This document shows positions 23,172 through 35,891 of a stretch of 63,725 nt of DNA, in pieces. The stretch's first letter is position 1; every line of letters begins with the position of its first letter. The position numbers were made by a program, and so were the translations under genes. The stretch lies in contig NC_068986.1 in assembly GCF_001194135.2 (NCBI RefSeq), forward strand, positions 68,354,667 to 68,418,391, given 5' to 3'. The stretch comes from Octopus bimaculoides (Eukaryota). The notes beneath the pieces were generated by a model. It did not search any database, was not told where the DNA came from, and saw nothing but the letters and a program-made list of their open reading frames with translations.

Positions 23172-25706
23172 AGGTGCCCTGCAAAAACACTAACATCAAC
23201 TTTGACCTAACTAGACCGAACCCTGACTTCAGACAGCCTACAAGCGAATCAGATTTCAGTTTCAAAGCAAACACCCCCCTCACTCTCCAACCCTGACTAA
23301 CAAAAAATTAACTCCACTCAGTTCACTTTGAAGCTAGCCAAAAGGATAGACCCTGAAGAAGCTGCACCATAAATCTTGTCAGTTTGCTTCTGCAACTACT
23401 CATAATCTGTGCAGTGGAAACACATCCAGGTCATAAAGACCATAACATATGCTGCATGAAATTGTAAAATAAGAGGAAATAGATTCTGAGGATGAATAAG
23501 ACTCCATGTCTTGTATTGTTATAATTATTGCTAATATATACTCCAGACAATATTACCATTCAGTGAAGCGAACACAGAATTGTGTATCAGAGGAATTTAC
23601 AGAGTGACTGACAACTAAAAGTAGTCATAGACATTAAATACTGATTGATGTGGTTAGCCATACCCAAGAACATGACTGAAAGCCACCATAGTATCTGCCC
23701 AGATGATATATCCCTCAAAACTCACGCACACACATGTGATACATTTTGTGATTGCTCTGAAATGCATTGTCAGTGATGCTTCTGGGGTATCAGGAGGTTT
23801 CAGGTCTTTCAGCATCACCACCACCCTCATCCTGTTGACCCAGCCCAGGTTGATTAAGTCCCAGCTTGCATCTCACTGGTCTACCCTCTTTATCCCATGA
23901 CTTCAGCTGATGGAATTTCAGTGATGGAACTTACAGTCCTTTTTATATATGTGAGAGTGTATGTTTGTGTTTCCTTGCTTTGAAATGGTGTGGTAGTTGT
24001 AAGTGAGTGTCACTATCATACAAACAGTGTCATTAATCTCCAACATTCTGCAAGAATATGTTTAACCATGGGTAAATATTACCTTGTTTGGAGGCAGGTA
24101 AGGGTTGGCGACAGGTAGAGCATACAGCCATAGAAAATCAGCCTCAAATAAACTCCATTCAACCCTTTCAAGCAGAGAAAAGTAGACGTTAAATGATATC
24201 TGAATGAAAAATTATGCATTTGGAATGATAATGGCATACCCACTGTCACTGTGGAAAATATGGAAGACAAGAGAGTGGTGTGGAGGTAGTATTATAAGGA
24301 CACAAATGCAATGACATAAATTCCAGGCTACTAGAGAAAAAAACAAAAAAAACAGCTCTTCTTCATCAAGACAGAATATCTCCCAGAACTGAGGATCCCA
24401 ACTGAAGCAAACACTACCACCAACACCACCCATCATCACTACCATTATCATCTGTAGAAATAACCTCTGCCAACCACAAACCAACAGTACAGCTACACTA
24501 AAGACGATGATGCTGAGTCATTCCACCTAATTAGTCATTGTTACTAAAATGCAATGTTCTAGTAACTTTTCTGAAGTAGTGAGCATTTCATCTCAAGCCC
24601 TTTCTAGTTTTGAAAATATTTAACAAAATATAAATAATAATTCTAACTTGTGTGTCAGTTGAGGGTGTGATCCACCTCACTGTAAGTGGCACTCTGTCGG
24701 TTAGGATGACAAAGGTTTCAGTTGATCTGATCAACAGAACAGCCTGCTTGTGAAATAAACATACAAATGGTTGAGCACTCCAGAGACATGTGTACTCTTA
24801 TCATAGTTCTCATGGAGATTCAGTGTGACACAGAATATGAAAAGGCCAAAGGTGATCATTTCATAACATCAAACCCTTTCCAGTCTTAAAATTTTTTTAA
24901 CAAAATATAAATACATTATTCTAACTGGTGTGTCGTGTCAGTTAACGGTATGATCCATCTCACCATAGACGTAAGGAGAAAGTAAAGTGTCCATGTGACT
25001 CATCATTTTACATCCACTTTTCCATGCTTGCATAAGTCAGACAGTGTTTATTGAGGCAGATTTTTTACAACCATATGTCCTTCCTGTTGCCAATGAATAA
25101 AGCAATTAAGTGGCATGATGACAAGTGTTCCAGTTGATGTGATCAATGGAGCAACTTGCTTGTGAAATTAATGTGCAAGTGGCTGAGTACTCCACAGACA
25201 CATGTATTCCTAACTTAGCTTTCAGTGAGATTCAACTTAACACAGAATGTGACAAGGCAGGCCCTTTGAAATACATTTTTGCCAGCTGAATGAACTGGAG
25301 TGAAAATAATGTGTTTTGCTCAAAGACACAACACGCCACCAGGTATTAAACTCAACCTTATGATCATGAATACCACATAGCCATGCCTACCATTTTGCTC
25401 AGTGAATTTTGTGAAGCCTAATTTTAGTAATACTAATGTTAGTCATAGTATAATCAGTGTGACAGGACACCCAATGACAATCACCACAATATGCCACTGA
25501 TGCCTACACCTATATATGCGAGCATTTTTTAAATTGCATAATTTGTAACCAAAATTTAGTCACCAGTCTAATCTACACAAAGTTGTAAAGTTGTTGTGTC
25601 CCCAGGTGAACTGGAGAAGCAATAAAGTCAGATAGTGTCACACTATTTTTTCAAACTCTGCAATTCTGAGTTTAGCTTCTACAAAGGTCAGCTTTGCCTT
25701 TTAGCC

Positions 25707-26395
25707 CAGCAGTTCTTGGTCATTTTTTACCTGTGGACTCTTTTTATTCCTATTTTACTTAGGTGGACCCTCATAACCATTCCATGTTTTAAAAATCCTA
25801 TTATATTTTTGTAAGTAAATATTATTAAGGATTGTATAAAAAAAATTGTTAAAATATTTTGCACATTATTTTTTTATTCTTTTATTTGTTTCAGTCATTT
25901 AACTGTGACCATGCTGGAGCACCACCTTGAAGGGTTTTAGTCGAATAAATCAACCCCAGGACTTATGTTTTTGAGCCTAGTACTTATTCTATCAGTTTCT
26001 TTTGTCAAACCACTAAGTTACAGGGGCATAAACACCGGTTGTCAAGCAGTGATGGTGAGACAAACACTGACACAAAGACACACATACATACATGCACACA
26101 CAAACACACATACATACATACATGCATACACACACACACATGCACACACACACACATATATGATGAGCTTCTTTCAGTTTCTGTCTACCAAATCCACTCA
26201 CAAGGCTTTAGTAGAAGACATTTGCTCAAGATGCCACACAGTGAGACTGAACCAGGAACCATGTGGTTGGGAAGCAGGCTTCTTACTACACAGTCACATG
26301 TAAAAGTATAACCAATTTATTGCATATAAATTATAACAGCAAAATCTTGTATGGACCCAACCAAGGGTTATGTGGACTCTGTCTGAGAACCACAG
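25707..26395. mobile_element. hAT MITE with a nested SINE family A copy
   Basis: Perfect 8-bp TSD TTTTAGCC (25699-25706 and 26396-26403); degenerate CAG(C/T)(A/G)GTTCT TIRs; SINE A at about 25890-26300 inside. Confidence 0.75.
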
Positions 26396-28609
26396 TTTTA
26401 GCCTTTCAGAATTGATCCAGAATTAGTAGAACTATCAGATCATCAGATGGGTGTATTGCAGCATCTGTTGCAATGTCTATTTGTGTTCTGATCACCACAT
26501 CTGTGACAACACCTGTGCCCTGTTGTATCTACCTTTCCCTTGTACATCATCAGTGGTGCAGAGAGAAGAAACTTGCTGCATAGACAGCTGTTGATCTACC
26601 TTAAAAAAAAAAAAAAGAAATCAGATATCATGGTCAGCCATGATTGAAGAGGAACCTTAGCTCCAAGGAAAATTCAAATCAAGCAGATCTATGACATATA
26701 AATAGTAGGTGAATGATTTGCTGAAATCCACAGATTTTATTGCTCCAAATTTGCTATACACAAGTGTGGCTGTGTGGTAAGGTATTTGCTTCTCAACCAC
26801 ATAGTTCCAGGTTCAGTCCCACTGCACAGCACCTTCAGCAAACATCTACTATAGCTTCAGGCTATGTGTGTGTGTGCATTATGTATGTGTTTATGTCCCT
26901 CAAACTTCACTCCACCATCTTTTATCGATGTTAGCTGAGAGATTTCAAACTTGTGTGAACTATTTTGAAAAATTATTTCTGTAAGTGCAGGCATGGGTGT
27001 TTGGTTAAGAAGCTTGCTTTGCAGCCGCATGGTCTCAGGTTCAGCCCCACTGCATGGCATCTTGGACAAGCATCTTCTATTGTAGCCCTAAGTGGACCAA
27101 TGCTTTGTGAATAAATAGTTTGCTTGATAGAAACAGTATAGAAGCTTATCATGTTTGTGTGTGTGTTTGTCTCCCCTACCTCACTGCTTGACTATGATGT
27201 TGGTTTGTTTACATCTTCATAATTATGTGAGACCAGCTAAATATTAGTGCTGGGGTCACTTTGTTTGACTAAATCCCTTCAAGGCAGTGCCCCAGCATGG
27301 TCAGAGTTCAATGACTGAAACTAATAAAATATAAAGAATAAATTTTTTTTTTGTAGATTCCCCATTTGCTTACAATTTGAAAGGCAAGTTAGGGACCCAT
27401 CATAATATCCTTTCTACAATAGGCACAAGGCCTGAAATTTTGCGGAAGGGGTCTTGTCAGTTACCAGAAAGAAATGTGCTGAAGTTAAAATCTTAGCAAA
27501 TAAAGACAGTTATTACTTCCCTTCCTTTCAATCATATAATCCTTTCTACTTTAAGCACGACCTGAAATTTGGGGGGAGGGGAGGGGAGTTAATTACCTCC
27601 ACTTGGTACTCAACAGGTATGTATTTCATCAACCCTGGAAATATGAAAGGCAAAGTCATCTTTCAACAGAATTTGAGCCCAACCCATGCCAGCTCCCCAC
27701 CTTAGGTAACCATCATTTATATCAAGGAAGATCATCAGTTAAGCTGCTGGCTCCAGTGATTAATCTTTTAGACCAGGCTAGAGTATACTGCAGCTTCATG
27801 ACTTTCTGAATGGTACACATAACAAAAATTTATCTTGAAAATATTTTAGAACTGATCCACTTAATGATGAGCTATGTTACATGCAGCCCTCTTCTCGAAA
27901 AGGTTGTTCATACCTGTTGTAGACTACTGATTAAACTGTGTAACAATTTTTTTTTTTTTTTTTTCGTCTTTGGTCAATCAATGTTATTTCCTGTATTCTT
28001 TTGTCTAGAAATCAGAGGAAATGACAATTATTCCTTTCAAAATTTGCTTTTGTGGCCTGGACATCAATGTTTCAAAACTGACCTATTTTGCATTACATTT
28101 CAGACAGTTTTAGCGCTGAGCTGCTGAAGCAGAAATATCACAGAAATGCTCAATACCACAGATTTGCTTGTCAGTTGCTTGACCTTGACCACTTGAGCAT
28201 GTCACCTAGTGGCTGACAATATGTGCATCTCTGATCATGAGTAGAAGTAGTAGGGAGCATCATAGCCACACGTTGAGAAGGATTTTTTGGAGTGTGAATA
28301 AATGTAAAAGCAAAAGTTTGAAGGAAATGTTAACCATTTTTCATACTTTTTAGGAAATAACAAATAGGAAATAGGAAATAACAGTTGCTACCCAAGGACA
28401 ATAATCATGTTACGCAGTGGTATTAATGTAAGAAATATAAGTTTAATCTCTTAAGAAATACTTAAAAAGTTTAATATTTTGAGAAAGAGAAGTTGTGGGT
28501 AGTTGTTGACCAGGATTCAGAACTCTGTACAGTAGAAACAACCATGAACTATGCAAAGGGAAACATTAATACTGAATTTGCAACAACAACAGCATTGGCA
28601 GTGGTGGCG

Positions 28610-28643
<34 letters not shown>

Positions 28644-28674
28644 TAGTAGTAGCAGCAGCAGTAAAAGTAGAAGT

Positions 28675-28706
<32 letters not shown>

Positions 28707-28725
28707 TAGCAGCAGCACTAGCACT
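28610..28725. repeat. Compound (GCA)n/(GTA)n microsatellite
   Basis: Direct reading; it explains the Ala/Val- and Thr-rich ORFs here. Confidence 0.9.
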
Positions 28726-28927
28726 AGTTTTTCCCTGACACACTAGTTCCATTATATTTGAAAAGTGCTTGTAATAAAACTTAGAATTTTATACATCTTT
28801 CTTCATTTCTCCTTATACTTGATTAAACAAGAAGGCAAACTCCACCCTGACACACCACACACACACACACACACAGAGTTCCATAGATTATTGTTTAAAA
28901 GATAGTATCTTCTTCCTCTTTTCATAG

Positions 28928-29015
28928 ATTGTGCAAACGCTGATGAAGCATTGAAGAGAGTTCAGAGTAGATGCAAAGAAGAAATGGCTGACCTACATGC
29001 TGACGAAAATTGCGA
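28928..29015 (+). CDS. Uncharacterised Cys-containing, probably GPI-anchored or tail-anchored protein, first visible exon
   Basis: Pyrimidine tract and TTTTCATAG acceptor; GTAAGT donor at 29016; phase 1 to 2; xCANADEALKRVQSRCKEEMADLHADENC. Confidence 0.8.
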
Positions 29016-29842
29016 GTAAGTAGTCAATCAATGTCCGTTTATATTTCTCATAGTTATATAAGAAAACATGTACTTATTAGTAAAGTACCAAACACCTGTA
29101 CCCTGCAGCAACTCAAGAAGACCCATTACCTACAGCAGAAGCGTTAAGGCTGATCTGTCTGGTAGTGTAAAGCATTCATGGCAGAACCGTGTAAAAGTGC
29201 CCATGTGACAGCACCACATAAAAGCACTCATTTCTAACAATCCAGCAATGTCACGACAAGGAGAAATAAACATACACACACTCACACATACATACGTATA
29301 CACATACACACACACAAACATACATACATACATACTGATTTGAAATTTTGGCACAAGGCCAGCAATTTGGGGGGAGGGGCAAGTCGATTACATCAACCCC
29401 AGTGTTCAACTGGTACTTATTTTATTGACACCCAAAAGAATGAAAGGTAAAATCAACATTGGCAGAATTTTAACTCAGAACATAAAGACAGATGAAATGC
29501 TGCTAAGCATTCTGTCAGGTTTGCAAGCGAGTCTGCCAGCTCACTGCCTCAAATATAAAAATATATTGATGTAATGAAAGAGTTAGTTTTATTATTTCCA
29601 ATTCTTCAGTATCAGAAAATAACTGCAATAGAGATTAAATATGGTGAGTAGATGAGTAGTGGTTTATTATTTTTGAAGTCAGAAAACACAACATTATGTA
29701 TCTAAAATGATGAACTGAATCTTTCATACATAATTATGCATTTATTTCACCTGACATGTTTTGTGAAACATTAGAAGTATTATATGCTATTATAAAAATA
29801 CCAGTACTTCATGTATCTCTTCTTTATGCTTCATTTCTACAG

Positions 29843-30027
29843 AAAGTTCAAGGTCCTGTTAACTTGTGTAGCCAAATCAAACACATCATTTGTCAACGAG
29901 TTTGTGCAAAGGAGTGATTTGAATTGTAGATTCTCTCCAGAATTTATAGAGAGCTTACAAAGATACCAATCAACTGAAAGCCAAACTGTCACCAAATCTA
30001 CAGATACACAAGATGGGAGCTATGCCA
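29843..30027 (+). CDS. Same gene, second visible exon
   Basis: TTTCTACAG acceptor, GTAAGT donor at 30028; phase 2 to 1, compatible with both neighbours; KFKVLLTCVAKSNTSFVNEFVQRSDLNCRF..STESQTVTKSTDTQDGSYA. Confidence 0.8.
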
Positions 30028-30372
30028 GTAAGTAATTGGTTCATAACTTTTCATTTCTTTTGAATATGGAATTGTCAGTGGTGGCAGTGACGTTTGAATG
30101 GTTTGATGAGATCCTACAGGCTAGAGTGTTCGTTTTGGTATGGTTTCTATGGTTTAATGCCCTTCCTACTGCCAACTACTGTACAGAGTGTACTGGGTGA
30201 TCTTTCATGTTACAAGCACTAGTGAGGTTACCAAGAAGTTAACAAGAGAAGACCCCTTGTCTGAGATGGGTGTAATATTGAGTGAGATCGCTTATGCAAG
30301 ATTGTTGAGAGGCAAGAAAAGTATTATAGAAGGATAAGAACCAGTCAGATTCAGATTAAGAAGTAAAAGAGG

Positions 30373-30510
30373 ATGAAGATGACGATGATGACAAAGAAGA
30401 CGACAATGACAAAGAAGATGACAAAAGAAGAAGAGGACAAAGAAGACAAAAACGAAAAAGATGAAGACGAGAAAGAAGAAGAAAAAGACAACAATGTAGA
30501 AGATGAAGAA
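30373..30510. repeat. Purine-rich (GAA/GAC/GAT) low-complexity tract
   Basis: Degenerate trinucleotide run inside the intron. Confidence 0.8.
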
Positions 30511-30769
30511 CTTATTGTAGAGAGTGCTCAGGTGTTCTACAATTCATCAGAAAAAGTAACCAAAAGCACATGAACAGTACTTAAAATAATGCACAGGAAG
30601 TGAACAGTGAATAGGTCATTTAAAATTTAAAAACTAAAAATTGGAGGGAGGGTTAATGAATAGCATAGAAGTTTTGAAGGATGTGGTGATCTGACAGCTA
30701 ACAACTGATGTAGGTAGTTTATTCCATGCTTCAGCAATTCTGAGTGTGAAAAGATGTTTCTGAAAGTCA

Positions 30770-31090
30770 CCAACAATGGAGTCCTGATCCCAGAGATCAA
30801 CCATAGATGTGGTCTGACCACTAGGATGATGTACTTCCTACGGAAGCCCCTCTGGCATCACTGCTCTATCTCCCAAAAGACGATGCTCCACATCTACAAC
30901 ACATTGGTCCTCTGATTTCTCTTCAATAGAGCCGGAACATGTTCCCTCTCAAAGACCTTGCAAAGAGGATCAACAATTTCAATAGCAGAGCCCTGAGAAC
31001 CATCAATCACATCAGATGGTACAATCATGTTTCCAACAAAGAACTGTATGCTTGCACACATCAACCCACAGCCTCCCACCACATAGCTAT
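30770..31090 (+). mobile_element. RTE-like LINE reverse-transcriptase C-terminal fragment
   Basis: NNGVLIPEINHRC..LRKPLWHHCSISQKTMLHIYNTLV..AKRINNFNSRALRTINHIRWYNHVSNKELY with stops and frameshifts. Confidence 0.75.
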
Positions 31091-31401
31091 CCATCACAGA
31101 TTTCTATATTCAAGCTTTGTGATTGAATTTAGTAGGTGGAAGTTACTGCCGTGTGTGTATATGTCTGTGTATGTGCTTGTGCCTCTCTCCCAGAGAGTGA
31201 GAGGGGGATTGCTATACTTACTTATTTACACCATGTCTCTTTATTATCCACAAGCCGTTATAAAACAGACTATAAAAAATACTTAATACAAAACTGATTC
31301 TTTCATCCTAAATTTGCAGCAAATTGTTTTACATTATTTTCTTTATTTTTTTCTTTCTTTTTTATTCATGTTAATAACAAAATTTTTTTTTTTACTTACA
31401 G

Positions 31402-31481
31402 GCAAAACATTCGCATTGATCATTGTCCCAATTGTAATGTCCAGCATATCTGTCTTAACTTTCTTTGCTCTATACAACTGA
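31402..31481 (+). CDS. Same gene, terminal coding exon with a hydrophobic C-terminus
   Basis: Long T-tract and TTACAG acceptor; phase 1; SKTFALIIVPIVMSSISVLTFFALYN*; TGA at 31479-31481. Confidence 0.8.
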
Positions 31482-31801
31482 TAGAGCCCACATTCATCAT
31501 ATCTAGAGAATTTAAATTATGGTGGATATGGATTCTCAAATTTAAAACTATTGGAGATCATGAAGAGAACAGAATTTTATTTTAAATATTTTATGCCTGA
31601 TCGCCAGTCATCATCATTTGTTATTTTTGGGATGTGTACATATCCACTAAAATGGTTACTGGGCTGATGTCTACACTGGGTTTATTATCAGCAAGTGATA
31701 AATGTGGTATTAAGAATAGTGGAATGAGTGAAGACAAAGCTATGATAATACTCCAGATGAATGATAAATCTGAGCAGACACAGTACCATTTGAGCATATA
31801 A

Positions 31802-31851
<50 letters not shown>

Positions 31852-31852
31852 A

Positions 31853-32690
31853 TACATAATTAAAATTAGGGTTCAGCAAGAATTGCTTCACCACACACCG
31901 AAAATTAGAAATAGCAGTCAAAACTACTATTTCTCTACCAAAATATATCTCCCAGCCAGCAACACTTGCCACTAAAACATAGGCAAAAAAGAAAAAATAA
32001 CGAATCTAACCAGCTCTGATTAACTGTATACGCGTTTCAGGATTAAAGAGGTGTAAATTATATTACCCGAACTTACTTCCTTCATCAGTACAGTATTTCA
32101 AAATTATAAATCCGAAAATGTTAATAAAAGAATAAGTAATTCAATCAAGCGACATCAAACGATTATCCAGGAATAGCATTTCCGCATTCATATAGACGAG
32201 CAAGAAAATCGTATCATTCCTCAATTACCCACGTGTGCTACGAGTAATCCCGCAGAAAACTGCAGTTTACTATCAGGGAGTAAATAAATTCTCACAGATA
32301 TAGGGTAAAAATTAATAATTAATGAATAATTAGTAATTTTACCAAGTAGTTTGGTGTGTTAAAAAACCATTATCAGTAAACTTATATAAACATAATAAAA
32401 TTAGGATTCAACAAGAATTGCTTCACCACACACCGAAAATTAGAAATAGCAGTCTTGTTTGCCTATGTTTTAGTGGCGAGTGTTGCTGTCTGAAAGATAT
32501 ATTTTGGTAGTGAAATAGTAGTTTTGACTGCTATTTCTAATTTTCTGTGCGTGGTGAAACAATTCTTGCTGAATCCTAATTTTAATTATGTTTATATAAA
32601 TTTACCAATAATGGGTTTTTTTAACACACCGAACTACTTGGTTAAAATTAATAATTAATTAATTAATTTTTACCCTGTATCTGTAAGAAT
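31853..32690 (-). mobile_element. Penelope-like pseudo-LTR remnant with partial direct and inverted duplications
   Basis: 31853-31920 is repeated directly at about 32390-32455; 31853-31985 is inverted at 32456-32590; 32290-32455 is inverted at about 32520-32690; contains a hammerhead; (TA)n on both sides. Confidence 0.7.
32023..32094 (-). ncRNA. Minimal type I hammerhead ribozyme
   Basis: Minus RNA: ACUGUA-CUGAUGA-AGGA-(35 nt)-UCCU-GAAAC-GC-GUA-UACAGU; intact core, 6-bp stem I, 4-bp stem II, palindromic ACGCGU stem III. Confidence 0.85.
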
Positions 32691-33864
32691 ATATATATAT
32701 ATATATATATATATACCGTAAAAACCCATGTAACTTATACACTTTTTTTCACAAAAGTAAAAATGAACTTTAGAGAGGACGTAAACTATATGAGTAGGTC
32801 ATTTCCAGATTTTTGTTTTGTTGAAAAAGACGTACAAAATGTAAGCATTTGTATCGGAAGTTGACTCATTTAATGAGCTTAAATATAATGAAGTTGACTT
32901 TTATTTATGCTGGACAGTATAATGCTTACTTTTTCTGTATAAATTTACTAAAACCATTAAATGGTTAACTACTTTTTGAAGTCTGACGTACATGCTATAT
33001 TTTACATATTTTACTTGGTTGAGTAAAGTGTCATCCCAGCTGATGTTTATTGGTAATTAAACTTAATTTACAACACCTGTACATTTTTATCAGCTTTGTT
33101 TTACGTTGACAATTCTTGACAACTTTTCCTGTGTACATACGTCTGTGAGTATACGTGAGAGAGAAAGAGAAGCACACATGTATATACACATATGTATACG
33201 TGTATATAAAAATATATATAGACACACATATTTGTATACATACACACATGCACATATATATACAAATGTACATTAATATATAAGATATATATATATATAT
33301 ATATATACACAGCTATCATCTGCTCACAATTTGTGAAATAATACTTCGGTTATTTCCAGTTAATCCCACACAGTTGCACAGAGACACACAAACACACAGT
33401 CTCATAAAGTTACAAATGCATACAAATACTTAAACACAGTCTCATACAGTTACACATATGCACACACAGATACCAGCAGAGAATCAGCGTCATTTACTTA
33501 TTTTTATTGGGATGCTAATGTTGAGGGAAGAGGAGGGTATACCAAGTGAGTAAAGTGGACTATTTATAGAGAAGACAATGCAAACACTTTGTAAAATATA
33601 GCATTTAATGTGATACCTGTTAAACAGAAATTATTTTTATCTAATGAAAATTTAATAAAATCTAAAGTATGTGAAATTATGCTAAATACAACTAAATTTA
33701 AAACCTTTTTCCTCTGGCCATATTGACAATTCTGAAAACTTTCGGGTGCAAATTTTACATGAGTATAAGCTTTTTTTTAACAATTTTTATCCTGAAAATC
33801 ACCTGCATAAATTACACAGGTGCACAAATTACATGGGTTTTTATGGTATATGTGTATATGTATG

Positions 33865-33918
<54 letters not shown>

Positions 33919-35109
33919 CACTCACACACATCCATACACAAGTACAGACATACCTGTGCATAAAATATTGTAAGAATAAATAAATCGGATGCAGATTTAA
34001 ACAGAACTAAAACTTACCAGTGAGTTATTATTTTCTGTTGATATAATTTTTTTGTTTTGTTTTAGAGCCTCACTAAAGTTTAGTTTTTTTTTTTTTTGTT
34101 TTTTTTTTTTCTTTATTTTCACATTCAATCTGAACATTCCCTTTTGAAACAGTAAATTGTGTCATAGAAGTTGATATTTCAAATATTAGAAAAAAATATC
34201 TCCAAAATCAGTGATTAATTTACATAGTATGTTTCATGTGTTAAACTTTTACTACAATTTTAAACTGTAATTTAAATTAAGTTTCATGGTTAACTTATCT
34301 ACCATGTAGAATAATATTCCATAGTTTATAGTAAAGATTTTAGTGTCCAACATGTATGATAGAGCAATAGATAAGCGTTTGTGGCTCACATTAAATTTTC
34401 AATTGAAGCAAATTCTCAGCACATAGCACTGCTTTGAGAAATGCATAAACACAATCCCTTTGTCCTCACCTGTGTCTGAATAATAAATCATTGTTATTTG
34501 ATGAAGATTCTGCATTAAAACCAGTAGGTTGAGAGTATATGTCTCCAAGCTACAAAGGCATTATCTTATTCACTAGCAAAGAAAGGATTTGTCTTCAAAA
34601 TCAATACTGGAAAATTAATTCCAGCCTCACCAATATGCATTAGATAAACATCAGTGAATATTTGAACAAAGTATTTTTTGTCAATACAAGAATAAAAACT
34701 TTTTGGTCTCCCTTTGTTTTTGTTGTTTATTTTTGGGGAATGGGGTGCATGCATTTTACAATTCTAAAGTTACAAAATAAAAGAAAAAATTTATACTTAA
34801 AATAAAGAAATAAATTCCAATGTTACAATGAAAAGTTTTGGAGTTCCCTTTATTTTTGTTCCTATTTCTATTCTGCACATGCTCAATGAAAGGAAATAAG
34901 TGAGAAAAATAAACAATGTTCAATAAATGAAATAAAATCCTCCATTGGTGAAGTAACTGAAATATAAATGATACATTACAAAATATTATTCAAAGGGTAC
35001 CAGTATTCATGAAAGAATGATTAATCAGAAACAATTTAAGTAAAATATCTTTAAAGAAGGTTGTTGTGTAAGGGCAGAACAATGTGAGAGGGTACAAAGT
35101 AAACTACAA

Positions 35110-35524
35110 TGTCCTTCTTCAGGACATTTGGGAAAAGCAGGAGTTGCACAGTCTGGTGTTGCTATAGCAGCCAGTCTTCTTTATGTAGTTCTGTCCTATT
35201 GTTCATGGTTAGAAGGCTTCCATAATTCTGCCAATTGCCCCTGTTTGCACTGGGTTGCCTTAATGGAAACTTCAAAATTCTGGGTTTGGCACTTCTTAAG
35301 GTGTTTCTTTATTGAAGTGTTCATGCTCCTTTATTCAGATGTGTAGTTTCCTTGTAGTGCTCCCTGTGTAGGATGCTCCACATTTACTGCAAACTATTTC
35401 GTATACTACATAGGCCCTCGAGCATGTTTTGAAGTCGTTGGTGAGGTAGTTGGTGAGTGTGCACCCCACAGTAGTCTCTGTGGTATTTTTCCTCGACAGA
35501 ACTTTCCTTAATGATGAACTGGTA
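35110..35524 (-). mobile_element. Penelope-like GIY-YIG endonuclease remnant
   Basis: YVVYEIVCSKCGASYTGSTTRKLHI*IKEH..SIKKHLKKC..RIMEAF; half-hammerhead CTGAAGA-AGGAC at 35122-35111. Confidence 0.7.
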
Positions 35525-35536
35525 TGTACCATCTGT

Positions 35537-35891
35537 TATTGTTGGCACTCCGTCACTTACGACATCAAGGGTTCCAGTTGATCCGATCAACGGAACAGCC
35601 TGCTCGTGAAATTAACGTGCAAGTGGCTGAGCACTCAACAGACACGTGTTCCCTTAATGTAGTTCTCGGGAATATTCAGCATGACACAGTGTGACAAGGC
35701 TGACCCTTTGAATTATAGGCACAACAGGAAGTAAGAGAAAGTTATGGTGAAAGAGTACAGTAGGGTTCGCCACCATCCCCTGCCGAAGCCTCGTGGAGCT
35801 TTAGGTGTTTTCGCTCAATAAACACAGTGCCCGGTCTGGGAATTGAAACCGCGAGTCCGCTGCCCTAACCACTGGGCCATTGCGCCTCCAC
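35537..35891 (-). mobile_element. Full-length SINE family E
   Basis: 12-bp TSD TGTACCATCTGT at 35525-35536 and 35892-35903. Confidence 0.9.

Noticed and set aside
26936-26981. 46-nt candidate exon (AERFQTCVNYFEKLF) with a GTAAGT donor
   Set aside because: It ends in phase 2, which is incompatible with the phase-1 exon at 28928, and the acceptor is weak
28493-28752. Ala/Val-rich, signal-peptide-like ORF just upstream of the first visible exon
   Set aside because: Translation of a (GCA)n/(GTA)n microsatellite, with no suitable donor site
30373-30573. Acidic D/E/K-rich ORF
   Set aside because: Low-complexity purine repeat inside an intron, with no convincing splice sites
34018-34034. 17-nt minus-strand microexon or first-exon end with a strong CTG|GTAAGT donor
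   Set aside because: Poor acceptor context and no link to any coding exon can be shown
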